Source: Phoronis australis
Taxonomy: Eukaryota; Animalia; Phoronida
Assembly: GCA_002633005.1 (NCBI GenBank)
Contig: NMRA01000235.1
Location: forward strand, 258,328 to 322,327
Direction of reading: 5' to 3'
DNA: 64,000 nt
The translations under genes and the position numbers were made by a program. Under the pieces are notes generated by a model, which did no database searches, was not told the DNA's origin, and worked only from the letters and a program-made list of their open reading frames with translations. Positions 27,288 to 38,899 of this stretch are shown one piece after another; the stretch's first letter is position 1; each line of letters starts with the position of its first letter.

Positions 27288-27592
27288 AGTAACAAAGCCC
27301 GTCCTCACATTCCATCTCTGCATACCCAAGATTTCAAAATGCCCGTTTATGTTGTAATTTCTCAGAGTGGATATTGTCGCTGATCCCCTTTTCTTAAATT
27401 TTGATATGTCTGTTGCTTTGTGTTGTGTCAGTGCTGTTGTTGGAAACACTTTTTTTTGTTCTTAGCAAGTTTCAGACACAATTATTTGAAATAGCATTTT
27501 ATGTTACAATAAATCATACACAGTGGATGGTTTGGAGAATTTGCCACCAATATGAGGCACGTTGGGTATTAACCACTGGTGAAGTCAAGTAA

Positions 27593-27804
27593 AGCCTCGT
27601 TCACACTGCCACGAAGACAAAACCATGGCAGAAGGTGGTAAGATAAGTCCTTTATAGTCCTGTTTCAATGCCTGTCTATAAATTCACGTACAATAGAAAT
27701 TTAAAATCATGTTTCACCTCAACTTGGAATTAATTTCACTTCGCTGCAGGTGCAGACCGACACCAATTTGTTCAGTGTACGACAGTGACAGTGTGACGGG
27801 GGCT
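27593..27804. mobile_element. PIF/Harbinger-like MITE downstream of the PTTG1IP stop
   Basis: TIRs AGCCTCGTTCACACTG / AGCCCCCGTCACACTG flanked by TAA on both sides. Confidence 0.75.
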
Positions 27805-29844
27805 TAAGTGAGAACGACAGTATTATGTTGGGAGTGTTTGTGCTGTTTGACTTGAGTCTTGTACAACCTTCACTGTCTTGTTTGTAGAGTGCTTTACTCC
27901 CTTGTCAAGCGCACATATATTTGTTGTGCAAATTACTATTTGTCGTATCCGTTTGGGGTAACGCTAATAGTTGTCTTGTTACTTGTTCTTAATTGTTTAG
28001 AAGTTTAGTTTCAAATCTAAATATTGTGTTATAGGGAGCTAATTACCCACGACTAAATGGTTTTGATTTAAACACTTTGGGCATTAACTCGAAAGGATAG
28101 TGACTATATAATTATGTGAAACAGAGAAATATTTTGTATTTATTAGTCTAGTCGGCACGCCATCCTTTGGACATATATTGTAACCACAAAATTTTCATCG
28201 TCCGATAGGAAAACTTGCGTTAAGTCAGTACATTTGAGCTGATTCAAACATTGCATTGTTTCTTAGCTGGTCTTAAAACTGGACTGGAACTCGGTAGTTA
28301 GGTCTTATGATGTGGCCACCAGGTTGGGCTTTGCTAAGATAAACCCACATTTATCACTTTTGATTATATGTAATTATGTCAAGTTTAGGTTGCTGGCATT
28401 TTAAACCCTGATTGTGCACTCATTTTTTTCTGTGACTGCATATGACCTTTGAACCCCCTTCTTCACACTTGAATTGTTCTATGCAGCATTTTAATACCCT
28501 GAAAAGACTTGTTGGACCAGCTCTCTACCCCTCCGATTACCTGTGACTGTTGTGAAAGAAAAAGTTTAGACCAGACTTCACAGACATTACATATGGTGAA
28601 AAGTCACCAGATTTGGACAAGAGCACTGCACCCGTTCTTTTTGCAATTTTCGAATTTTCAGATATACAGCTGCTACAAATTAAAAATGGCATCAAATGTT
28701 TTGTGTGTGAATTACTTGATGAATCGTGCTTACAGCACAGTGAACTGTTCTTGACATTGTGAAAAATGTGATCTAAAAGAAATTCCACTCGTCAACCATT
28801 TCGAGTCCTATGTTGAAAATTGTCTTTGCCTTTTTACGAAATATTTGAAGCACCAAACAAAAAATTTAAGATATTTAGGGTCCTGCAGTATGACTAGACA
28901 ATATTGTGAGAAATTGGTCATTTGCAATGTAAGAAGGCTTAGGATAATTACTCGAGACCAACTTTGACAATTGTTTTTTTCCAAATAGATTAGATTGTGT
29001 TGCAAGTGTCCAATAAGTAAATTCTATTGTTTAATTTTGTTTACCAGTTTAACTTTGTCAGGTGTAGTATCAGTTATCTATAATTACCGGGTACCTCATT
29101 TCCACGAGATTTCTCTTTTCGGTTTTCCATTGGCTGTTAATGTTGAATTCTTGATACTTGAGTTGTATGATGCGTCTGTTATCACAAGTTCAGTTGGTGT
29201 AAGCTCACAGTTTAGGTGCCCTTGTTTACTCACCAGCTCTGTTGTCTGGCAAGAAAAGCCGACTTATTTTCTGCTATCTAAGCATCAGTAAGGTAAACGT
29301 TTTGAGGAGTCTCTATTCGCAGTCTATCTGATATGACAATACTTCATTTGTGCAACTGAAGGCTGAATGACAGTTAAAATAATGTTACATCTTAATGTTT
29401 TACATTGAGAGATTCAAAACAATGGTTTAAGTTTATGTATTTGCCTTAACAGGATGCAATTTTGTATTTTGTGTATTTCGTAGTTGAAGAATTGTGGTTT
29501 ATATGATCAGAAAACAGCTAACAAAGGTTTCATCAGACAGGGACCAAGGGATGGCCAGCAATCCTAGAAGTTGTGTTTAGCATCAGCCTTTCAAAGCATA
29601 CCTACAGCCATTTGGGCCCTGCTTGTTCAAAGTATTTATTAACAGGGTGATCTTTCAGCCAAATATGTTCATCTGCTCAATTGTACGTAGAAGTGGTGTA
29701 CTTCAGTGTAACTGGCGTTGTTAATGGTTTGACCGTGAAGATGTGTGAAAATACAGTTCTTTGGGTGTGGCTTTATTTAAATTCAAATTTTGATCATCAT
29801 TTCTATGGACTATTCTTCATTTCTATACACCTTGTGATATTTGC

Positions 29845-29850
29845 AATAAA
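29845..29850 (+). terminator. Candidate poly(A) signal of PTTG1IP
   Basis: AATAAA at the end of a long T-rich tract after the stop, followed by GT-rich sequence; a proximal AATAAA also occurs near 27508. Confidence 0.4.
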
Positions 29851-29970
29851 TTACTTAAATTTGATTGTGTCTCGTATTTTACCAACTTGGCACAAATGTA
29901 TTGCAGTGACTTGCTTCAGGTTGAGTGGGAATGCATAGAAAAGGAGCTTCCGTTGCAAATTTGAGGCTCT

Positions 29971-30212
29971 GAGGAGGTAACTGGACCCATAGTTGGGCTT
30001 GGAGGGGGTAACTAGACCCATAGTTGGGCTTGGAAGGGGTAACTAGACCCATAGTTGGGCTTGGAGGGGGTAACTAGTCCCATAGTTGGGCTTGGAGGGG
30101 GTAACTAGACCCATAGTTGGGCTTGGAGGGGGTAACTAGTCCCATAGTTGGGCTTGGAGGGGGTAACTAGTCCCATAGTTGGGCTTGGAGGGGGTAACTA
30201 GACCCATAGTTG
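29971..30212. repeat. 31-bp G-rich minisatellite x~8
   Basis: Unit GGAGGGGGTAACTAGACCCATAGTTGGGCTT. Confidence 0.95.
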
Positions 30213-30317
30213 CTTAGAAATTTGTGGACAGTTATTAAACATGGGTGTCGCGCACAAAATTACAGGTGTGTGGGGTATGGAATGAAATGGCATGTATTAA
30301 ATACTGTACACAAGTGA

Positions 30318-30323
30318 TTTATT
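30318..30323 (-). terminator. Candidate poly(A) signal of the UQCR11 terminal non-coding exon
   Basis: AATAAA on - at the end of a U/G-rich minus-strand tract (~30320-30775); possible acceptor ctgcag| at 30776-30778. Confidence 0.4.
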
Positions 30324-30987
30324 TAACACTATTAATATGTAACACACGTCACAGAGCAAGTAGAGCATAAAACACAATGCCGCTGGGATTTACAGTAGTT
30401 CTATAATCACTGCACACCAAAAGGACTTCTGTTGACAGCACTGTACACCACACATCTATGACGTCTAAACGTCTGAAACGAAAACAATACCAGATGTTTA
30501 TAACAAGCTACATAATGGCCCAATGGTTGAGAACATAACAAGAACGGATTGCTCACAAAATTAATCATAATAAAACAAAACACGACATGCTACTGTTGAG
30601 TTTCTAAAACAGGGTATGGGAACATCAGACTTAGACCCAATTCCTGGAAGTGCAGTCTATGATTACACACGCTAACACTAGAATACAAACATTCTGAAAC
30701 ACCAGGTTTGCACAATCTGGAACTAAAAACAAGATAAATGCACAATGAAACTACAGTCTCGAGGACAAAATTCATCTGCAGTCTAGAATTAAATTAGGTC
30801 AAGAACTGGGTCAAGAGATCTCAAGTATTGAGGCTTATCCGTGAAGCTGTTCCCATGGCCTGAGAACAGATCTGACCATTGTTTATGTATGGAAATTGAC
30901 CTAAGTAAATGAAGGACTACAGTGGTAGTTGCATGTATCTCGGCTTGTTCTGTAATTGTATGTAATGAAACTAGTGACCAATCCCAC

Positions 30988-31298
30988 TGACTGGGCGAGT
31001 GGGACTGGATGAGTAGGACCAGGTGAGTTGGACCGGATGAGCGGGACCGGGGAGCAGGACCAGGACATTAAGACCGGGTGAATGGGAATGAGTGAGAAGG
31101 ACCGGGTGAGTGGGACTGGGTGAGAAGGACCGGGTGAGTGGGACTGGGTGAGTGCACTGGGAGACTAGGACTGCATGGTGAGAGGGACTGCATGGTGAGA
31201 TGACTGCAAGGGTGTAGGACTGGGTGAATGGGACCAGGTGAATGGAACCTTGTGAGTGGGACTGCATGGTGAGTGGGACCGCCGATGGGTGGGACTAC
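30988..31298. repeat. Degenerate 14-15-bp G-rich repeat
   Basis: GGGTGAGTGGGACT-like units. Confidence 0.85.
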
Positions 31299-32019
31299 AT
31301 ATCCCAAGAGGACCAGTAAATGAACAAAACGCCCAATGCTGGCTCAATTTTCGTCAAAAATCCTTTTAAGGACATATCTCAGCTTCAGAACTTGCACTTT
31401 TCAGGAAAGTTCTTCTTCAAGCAAGAGAGACGGGAAGAGTGAACCAAGCCTAAGTTTGAAAGATCACAAATAAGACCACTGACGAAACAGCACCCTGAAC
31501 AAAAAAACACTAACACAATGGATCGTGAGTACGAACAACCGTGTTGGTGAGTGCCACACACCACTGTGACAGAATTAATAATACAACATCGAACAGACTG
31601 GCCACATATCACAAACTCAAATTAGTGAGGTAAATCTGCAACAGGGTGCGTACTGGTTTGATGTGAATGGTGACAGTCACAAGGTGGAGAGCGTCCCATC
31701 CATGAGTCGGCTTGCCAAAAACTGCCAAACATCATGTCTTGAAAATCGACAAAATTCTGTAAGTCTCCTCATAACAGTTCGGCAAAGAAGCTTTTTACAT
31801 ATGTTTGAGTACCGGAAGCAACAACCATGACGCCCAGTTGTTGAAAACATTAAATGATCACATATCCTGACTTGAAACAACAACCAACAACTAGGGACTA
31901 AACGGTATACATCATCATCATGAAGTGAGGACTGTTCCTTATAAATGCTAAACTACAGCTGATGTCAGGGCTTTGAAACAACTGTTCATTACTGCCCCAG
32001 AACAGGCTCTACAAGTTGG

Positions 32020-32255
32020 CTTGTCATTGCTTGTCAAGGCGGGCCATTACTTGTCAAGGCGGGCCATTGCTTATCAAGGGGGTCATTACTTGTCAAGGCG
32101 GGTGATTACTTGTCAAGGTGGGTCGTTGCTTGTCAAGGTGGGTCATTACTTGTCAAGGCGGGTCATTACTTGTCAAGGTGGGTCGTTGCTTGTCAAGGTG
32201 GGTCATTGCTTGTCATGGGCATCACTGCTTGTAAAGGCAGGTCATTGCTTGCCAT
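32020..32255. repeat. 20-bp minisatellite x~11
   Basis: Unit CTTGTCAAGGCGGGTCATTA. Confidence 0.92.
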
Positions 32256-32602
32256 AGCGTGTCATTTTATGTGCCACCCAAGGTCATGAACAACGAAATG
32301 TTTGTTCTTTGTAAACCCAGAAAACACTTCTCACCCAGAGTAATGGTGAGTTTAGACCAATTTCATAGCAGCAAAACTGTCCAACTCAAAAGTTTACTTT
32401 TTGGTCAGAACTCATTTTACAATATAACAAATTTTCTGAGCTTTCATGTAAGTTCCTGAGTACTATTTTCATTCAAAAGTTCAAATGACCTTGTCCTAGT
32501 TAATATCTCCCAGTAGGGGAAAACAGGGTTGATTATCCCTCTAACAACACATGGACATCTACTAAGTAACACATAGCATCACAGACACTTACCTATCCCA
32601 TC

Positions 32603-32729
32603 TCATTTGGGCGAGTCTTCATATAGTCGAGGTCCATAGAATGGCACTTTGCCCATAACAAGCTTCCACTCACTGATGTAAAGCCCAACAACTGCAGCGG
32701 ACGCTCCAAAGATGCCTGCAGACACAACC
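32603..32729 (-). CDS. UQCR11: UQCR11 exon 2, copy A (probably alternate haplotype)
   Basis: Same peptide as copy B with a TGA stop; lies in a ~0.9-kb block duplicated across the N gap at 33464-33500. Confidence 0.7.
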
Positions 32730-33500
32730 CTGGATAGAAGACATTGTACCATTCAACACTGACCCAGGATTCATAAGAGTTGCCAAAACATTACCACTCT
32801 TGCTAGTGCCCTGTACTCCCCATGATGTCATTTCCTCTCTAGTCAGGACCAAATACAATCAGTGTTGGATGAGTCATCACTACACAACACATCGGTCTAT
32901 ATTATGAGTAGGCACTTCTCTTGGACTCCTGTACATGCATATTGTTTTACACGCAAAAGTTTATGGTAAATTTTTGTTTTTAAGTACTTGTCATTTTCAC
33001 TTTAAAATTGGTTGCTCTAAAGTGGAATCTGTCCTGACATTTACATGGACAGTTATTTGTGTATTCGTAACCAATGGACTACTGACGTGATATTCGTGAT
33101 AAGTATGATAGTGACACCTTGAGGTCATAAACTGTACCACTCTTTGTAACAAGAAATGTTCCAAAGAGTTGCGAATCAAAGTCAGACTTCATTCCTCATA
33201 ACAGTCTCCAAAAGATTTGAGTAGTAAAATTTTTAATGTGAAAATTGTGTTATTTCACATACTATTCGCGGAAAAAAAAATTACTGTACAATTAAATTTG
33301 AACGATAAATCATGAAAAGCCTTTATTGAAATTCTCAAACTACACATTCTTATCTTTAATGATATGGAAAATGATACACCAGCAAGTCTGCCACTATGCA
33401 GAAACGCATATATTTCATACTTAAGTCATCAAAACGATGACTTACATCAAAGTTGTCAATCAGANNNNNNNNNNNNNNNNNNNNNNNNNNNNNNNNNNNN

Positions 33501-33767
33501 ACAGACACTTACCTATCCCATCTCATTTGGGCGAGTCTTCATATAGTCGAGGTCTATACAATGGAACTTTGCCCATAACACATAGTGGAGCATCACAGAC
33601 ACTTACCTATCTCATCTCATTTGGGCGAGTCTTCATATAGTCGAGGTCTATACAATGGAACTTTGCCCATAACACATAGTATAGCATCACAGACACTTAC
33701 CTATCTCATCTTATTTGGGTGAGTCTTCATATAGTCGAGGTCCATAGAATGGCACTTTGCCCATAAC
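33501..33767 (-). repeat. 94-bp tandem repeat of the UQCR11 exon 2 3' end and donor
   Basis: Units start at 33501, 33595 and 33689; each contains the last codons, a stop and AG|gtaagt. Confidence 0.92.
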
Positions 33768-33837
33768 AAGCTTCCACTCACTGATGTAAAGCCCAACAAC
33801 TGCAGCGGACGCTCCAAAGATGCCTGCAGACACAACC
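33711..33837 (-). CDS. UQCR11: UQCR11 exon 2, copy B (proximal to exon 1)
   Basis: Acceptor tatccag|; (W)VVSAGIFGASAAVVGLYISEWKLVMGKVPFYGPRLYEDSPK*(TAA); single TM plus [D/E]W+L....VP[F/Y] pattern of the family; donor gtaagt 10 nt after the stop. Confidence 0.88.
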
Positions 33838-34914
33838 CTGGATAGAAGACATTGTACCATTCAACACTGACTCAGAATTCATAAGAGTTGCCAAAACATT
33901 ACCACTCTTGCTAGTGCCCTGTACTCCCCATGTCATTTCCCCTCTAGTCAGGACCAATATTAAAATCAGTGTTGGATGAGTCATCATTACACAACACATC
34001 AGTCTATATTATGAGTAGGCACTTCTCTTGGACTCCCATACATGCATATTCTTTTAAATGCGGTAAATTTTTGTTTTTAAGTACTTGTCATTTTCACTTT
34101 AAAATTGGTTGCTCTAAAGTGGAATCTGTCCTGACATTTACATGGACAGTTATTTGTGTATTCGTTACCAATGGACTGCTGACGTGATATTCGTGACAAG
34201 TATGATAGTCACAAGAATGATAGTGACACCTTGAGGTCATAAACTGTACCACTCTTTGTAACAAGAAATGTTCCAAAGAGTTGTGAATCAAAGTCAGACT
34301 TCATTCCTAATAACAGTCTCCAAAACATTTGAGTAGTAAAATTTTTAATGTGAAAATTGTGTTATTTCACATACTATTCGCGGAAAAAAAATTACAATTA
34401 AATTTGAACGATAAATCATGAAAAGCCTTTATTGAAATTCTCAAACTACACATTCTTATCTTTAATGATATGGAAAATGATACACCAGCAAGTCTGCCAC
34501 TATGCAGAAACGCATATATTTCATACTTAAGTCATCAAAACGATGACTTACATCAAAGTTGTCAATCAGATATGTCATACCTGGTCCCGAAGGTAACGAG
34601 CCAGGTAGCTTTTAACATAATTGGTGGGCGGGTATTTTAGTTTAGTATTGGATACTTTCAAAAAGAAATTTAGTTCTTACTAAAGTGATGACAGCTGCCA
34701 TGGTAGGTGGTACTTCAAGATTTCCCAAGCATCATCTGAATTTGGAGGTACGCGAAGTGAAAGTGTAGAATCAAGTGCCATGATAAACATTACACTCAAA
34801 TTGGCCGTCAAACATTAATCTGCAGGTGTCGAAACTGCGATCATGTGAAGTTGTGAACACATTTATCTTAAGAAATAGTACACATCAAATATAACTGCAC
34901 AGGTTTTTAACACT

Positions 34915-35530
34915 GCGTGCAGCAGGTGGTATGACGTCATATACCCTGGAGAGCTGTGTAAAAATGGTCAGTTTCTGCTTTTGGGAACTGAATGAAGGAC
35001 TGCTTGAAGGAAAAGTTTGATGTTTGACAACAGTTTTAGTTTGAGTTGGAAGGAATTAAAGACATTAACGACCTCCTAAGGTGTCCGTCTATGTGCAAAA
35101 GGTACATATAACAACAATGTGCACTGACTAAAACTTCAAAGCCACATTGTTATAAATACCTTGTGCTCACAAAGGGGCACTCTCGAAGGCCACTGATGTA
35201 TGTAATTCCTTCCAACTCAAACAAATACTCCCGTTATCAAACTTTTTCTTTGAGCAGTCCCTCGTTCCCAAATTCGGTAACTCACCATTTTTAACAATGT
35301 GCGCGTCAGGTGGTATGACTTCATATCCACTGGCGCACATTGTTAAAAATGGTGAGTTTTCGATTTTGGGAACTGAACGAAGAAAAAGTTCGATAACGAG
35401 AGTATTTGTTCGATTTGGAAGGAATTAAATACATCGCCGGCCTCCTAAGGTGTCCCTCTATACGCAAAAGGTATTTATAACAATGTAGCATTGATGTTTA
35501 GTCAGTGTGAGGCGTAATTCGCCGAAAATT
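34915..35530. mobile_element. Palindromic element (about 1.5 copies) in UQCR11 intron 1
   Basis: Three ~190-bp arms in alternating orientation around AGGTGGTATGAC.TCATAT centres; related half-copies at ~18670-18905 and ~19105-19290. Confidence 0.75.
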
Positions 35531-35719
35531 TTCCGGTGTATGAAGCCCCATAGGAGGTTCACAATCTCTATTGCGGAGCTAATATCACAGACACTTTTAA
35601 TCAGCCTCTAGTATGACACTATATCTATATACTATAGTACATAACAGTGAGAGTGCCTGTGCTTCTATTAGCTATACAGTTAGAGTTTAATTACTGCACC
35701 CTGCCCCTGGGCCTGGCAC

Positions 35720-35950
35720 TGCCACTTCTTCTGTTTTATCTCTCTTGAATGAAGCAATTCACAGTCGAAGCTGAGGATTCTGAAGTGGCACATGTTACGA
35801 AATACAATGATCACTAATATGAGAGGAAGGCTGTCTGGAAGTGATGCAAAGAGGCAGCAACAATGACGTGGGCAGGTAAGTTGTTCCAAAAAAATCCAGG
35901 ACGTTGAGTGTTGTGCCTTGTACTAGCCCTTGTGGAGGGGAAGAAGGAAT
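35720..35950 (-). mobile_element. 3' end remnant of a CR1/L2-group LINE
   Basis: WNNLPAHVIVAASLHHFQ C-terminal motif followed by a short UTR ending AGAAGAAG. Confidence 0.45.
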
Positions 35951-36015
35951 TTTGCGGGCGATGTTAACTGGTTATTTGCCCTACTGCAACCTCGTCTACT
36001 TTGAACAGCCCTTAC

Positions 36016-36089
36016 CAATTTTTGGCCATTTGAATTTGACGACGCCCAACTGGACTCGCCAGAGCTCGTAACGCTCCTGTTGTCCTCAT
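36016..36089 (-). CDS. UQCR11: Cytochrome b-c1 complex subunit 10 (UQCR11) exon 1
   Basis: aaaATG gives MRTTGALRALASPVGRRQIQMAKN, then TG|gtaagg; the split Trp codon completes KNW as in vertebrate ...LVKNW. Confidence 0.88.
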
Positions 36090-36159
36090 TTTAACAGTCT
36101 GTGGGAGTCCAAATGACTGACTATATTCCAAGTTCGCCAAAACTTGACCAACGTTTGTT

Positions 36160-36230
36160 TTACTTCCGGTCGAAAGAGGGCGATAATGTGGACATGGTAT
36201 GCAGTAGCGCCCCCCGCGTCAAACTGGGAA
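36160..36230 (-). promoter_or_regulatory. UQCR11 proximal promoter with ETS-type site
   Basis: ACCGGAAGT on - about 75 bp upstream of the ATG, in CpG-rich sequence. Confidence 0.45.
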
Positions 36231-36288
36231 CTGACATCGGAGGACCTGTTCGGCGTCCGGCCGCAGAGCGGGGCCTCTGCATATACAA

Positions 36289-36740
36289 CAGTGGCGGATC
36301 TATATAAGATCTCATGCATGGGCGGCGCACCATAGGGGACTGGGGTGGGGGGCTATAGCCCCCACTTTTTTCAGTGCTACGCCGGACATGGTCTATGAGG
36401 CGACGGGTGCACCAGGGGCCCCCCCCGCTGAGGCCGGCCCGGCCCGGCCGCGCGGGCTTTAGCCCCTGCCACTTTTTTCAGTGCTACGCAGCCCATGTCA
36501 GGGGGAGAACATTTTGTTTCGTAGAAAATCGTACAAAGAGCGATTATAGAGGCGCCGAGAGCGGGTTCCCGCCTCTGGCCGGGCCCACGAGGGGACAATT
36601 TTGTAGTTTTTGCCTCTGAATGACAAGAAGCATTTTCCAAGTTAATTTCCTTAGTATAATCAGACCTCGACGGCTCTACTTTATAGCTAGGTGATTTAAA
36701 ACTGCCACCCGCCCCGGCCCCCGCAATTCCGCCTGTGTAC
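36289..36740. mobile_element. Nested GC-rich MITE fragments upstream of UQCR11
   Basis: CAGTGGCGGATC and CATGGGCGGCGC starts, repeated GGGCT.TAGCCCC...CACTTTTTTCAGTGCTACGC, end AATTCCGCCTGTG. Confidence 0.5.
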
Positions 36741-37678
36741 ACCGGCAATTGGGCTATTAGTATAGGCTACTCTGGCCGGTGGGGCCTACATTGTTAAAAG
36801 CACCCTAGCCTTAAAAAATTACACCGGTTTCGTTTGCGCTCCCTTGAAAACGTGCTCTTCATACACCCAGATTTGCATAAGAACACGAATCAGTGAAGAC
36901 GGACAGAAAGTCCAAGACTAACTTACCGGGAAGACCCGGCCTCCGCCAGCTAGCTCTTGCAAGGGATCAACTTTGGAGACTTGATCTCTTTTTCAGTTTT
37001 TTATAAAATGTATTATTTCAAAATTCCAATTTTTAAAGGCATAGTGCACCGCATCCTTTCGGAAGTGGCGTACTTGTATAGACTGAGATCTTGGGAATTA
37101 GCTCCTGAATAGCACCGTGTAATGGCCGCCATGAAGCCGTGACGTCACGAATATCCACCGATGAGAGTTTTGCCGGGTAAATAGCAGTAAATAACTACTT
37201 ATTGGCTGACCTCGCCTGTTGTTCACCAACCAAATTCGCTCTAATTTTGACCAACCGGTTGGGTGAATAGCGGTGGCCCTAATTAGGTAATATTCACTCG
37301 ATAACGATGAAAGTATGGGTACTTATTTGTAGCAAACCAATGGACTCAGTTACTACGTAATCAAATTTCTTTTAGTATAAATCTTCAAGATGAAATTTCA
37401 CCAAGGCCGCCGGGCAACTTAATTCGTTTTCATGCCACCATTATAATTCATTTAAGTGAATTCAAAAAATATATAAATGCTATTGACTAGCTATATGTTC
37501 CGATGTTGGAGCAAATTTGGAATTGTTCTTGAGTCCTAGTATAACGTCATGGGTCTAGAAACAAATTCTAATCAAGTGAGGTCAAATTTACGAGACAACT
37601 AGGGCTATAAAATGTTCTGAATGAATTTTCTACATATTTAAAAAGGTATAGCGATTCCTGCCGTGATTGTACGGCAAC

Positions 37679-38001
37679 TGTTAGAGTATAATCTCATATC
37701 CGAGGAGTGCATGTGTAAGAGTAGTTCAGAGAATTAAGTGTTATGTAATACACCCCCAACATGAGGAACTGTAGTAAATATGTTTGTACAGTATATCCTG
37801 TTATGATTCATGTATGTGAAAAAAAAGTGTATGATCGCATGGATTGTAACGGACTCAGTATAGTATCAGTAGAAGAGTATGTAATAAAACTATATTATCC
37901 TCCATCAGACTAGTATTATCCTTGGACCGCGTTCTCGCACTGCGTCGCGCGTTCAACGTTCCTAACCGAACAGAATGCCTTTCACTGTTAGCACATCAAC
38001 A
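37679..38001 (+). mobile_element. Solo LTR (323 bp)
   Basis: TGTT...AACA termini, perfect 5-bp TSD GCAAC (37674-37678 and 38002-38006), internal AATAAA near 37883. Confidence 0.8.
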
Positions 38002-38899
38002 GCAACTCGATCATACGTCACTGAGTGTTCAAGGGACTAATATTTTTAAGTGACCTCCTGAAACTAAATAGGTAAACTTGGCAACGACAGAAATTACTCT
38101 CCGTCCAGGCCTCCAACGTACTCGTCATATTCGCGGGCGCGTTTGTTATTGGTCGCTTCCAACGTCTGGCGCGCGTCGTTGTTAAATTGGCCAAGGGTTT
38201 CACCACTCCACGCTGGGGAGGCTTCCGTGCCAGAACTCACTACTTCAAATCTGACACAAATCCGTCCTTGCTCGCAACGAAACCCTTCTGGACTAACAGG
38301 GCGCCGGCCGGAACGGAGTTTACTTCAACCGCTCTTGCCTCCGCATTTAACACGCATTCAGCATGCACGTGGTCATCGGTCACCACCTTCCGGCCAGCTG
38401 GGCTTTATCACCCTCTAGACCCCCTTCCAGTTTTTTGTAATCCTACTCCCATCCTAACACCCAAACCTGACCCCCCTCCCTGTGCTCTTACATCAGTTTA
38501 GTTAAGTCTTCTTTACTTATACCTAGCTCCTTCAAACTCAATATTTACTTCACCGGTTTTCCCGGCGAGGTTCTCCTTCCTTAAGTGTTACCACTTTAAT
38601 TATGTTCACATATTTAGCTCCTCCAAGATTTAACATCTTTCGGAGATTCGCCCACAGGTCGCTTTATTCGGGTTTTTTATTCAACTCAGCGATGTTCAAG
38701 AAGGTATAGGTTTGGGATTCACGCCTGTTAGAGCTCATGCAGTAATGTACTTTTGTGTTCCTTTTCTACCATGTGTGGCGCTATATGTCATCTTTGCTTG
38801 TCCTCATGCAGTTAGTTCCCTTCTTCCTTCCCAGGGTCTGTAACCTGGTTGACCCCCGGTATATAGTCTACACAGTGTGTTTTTCTTTTTTAGCACACA

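Noticed and set aside
35871-35882. Plus-strand donor CAG|gtaagt suggesting an antisense gene
   Set aside because: It is the reverse complement of the WNNLP codons of a LINE remnant, and there is no upstream ORF.
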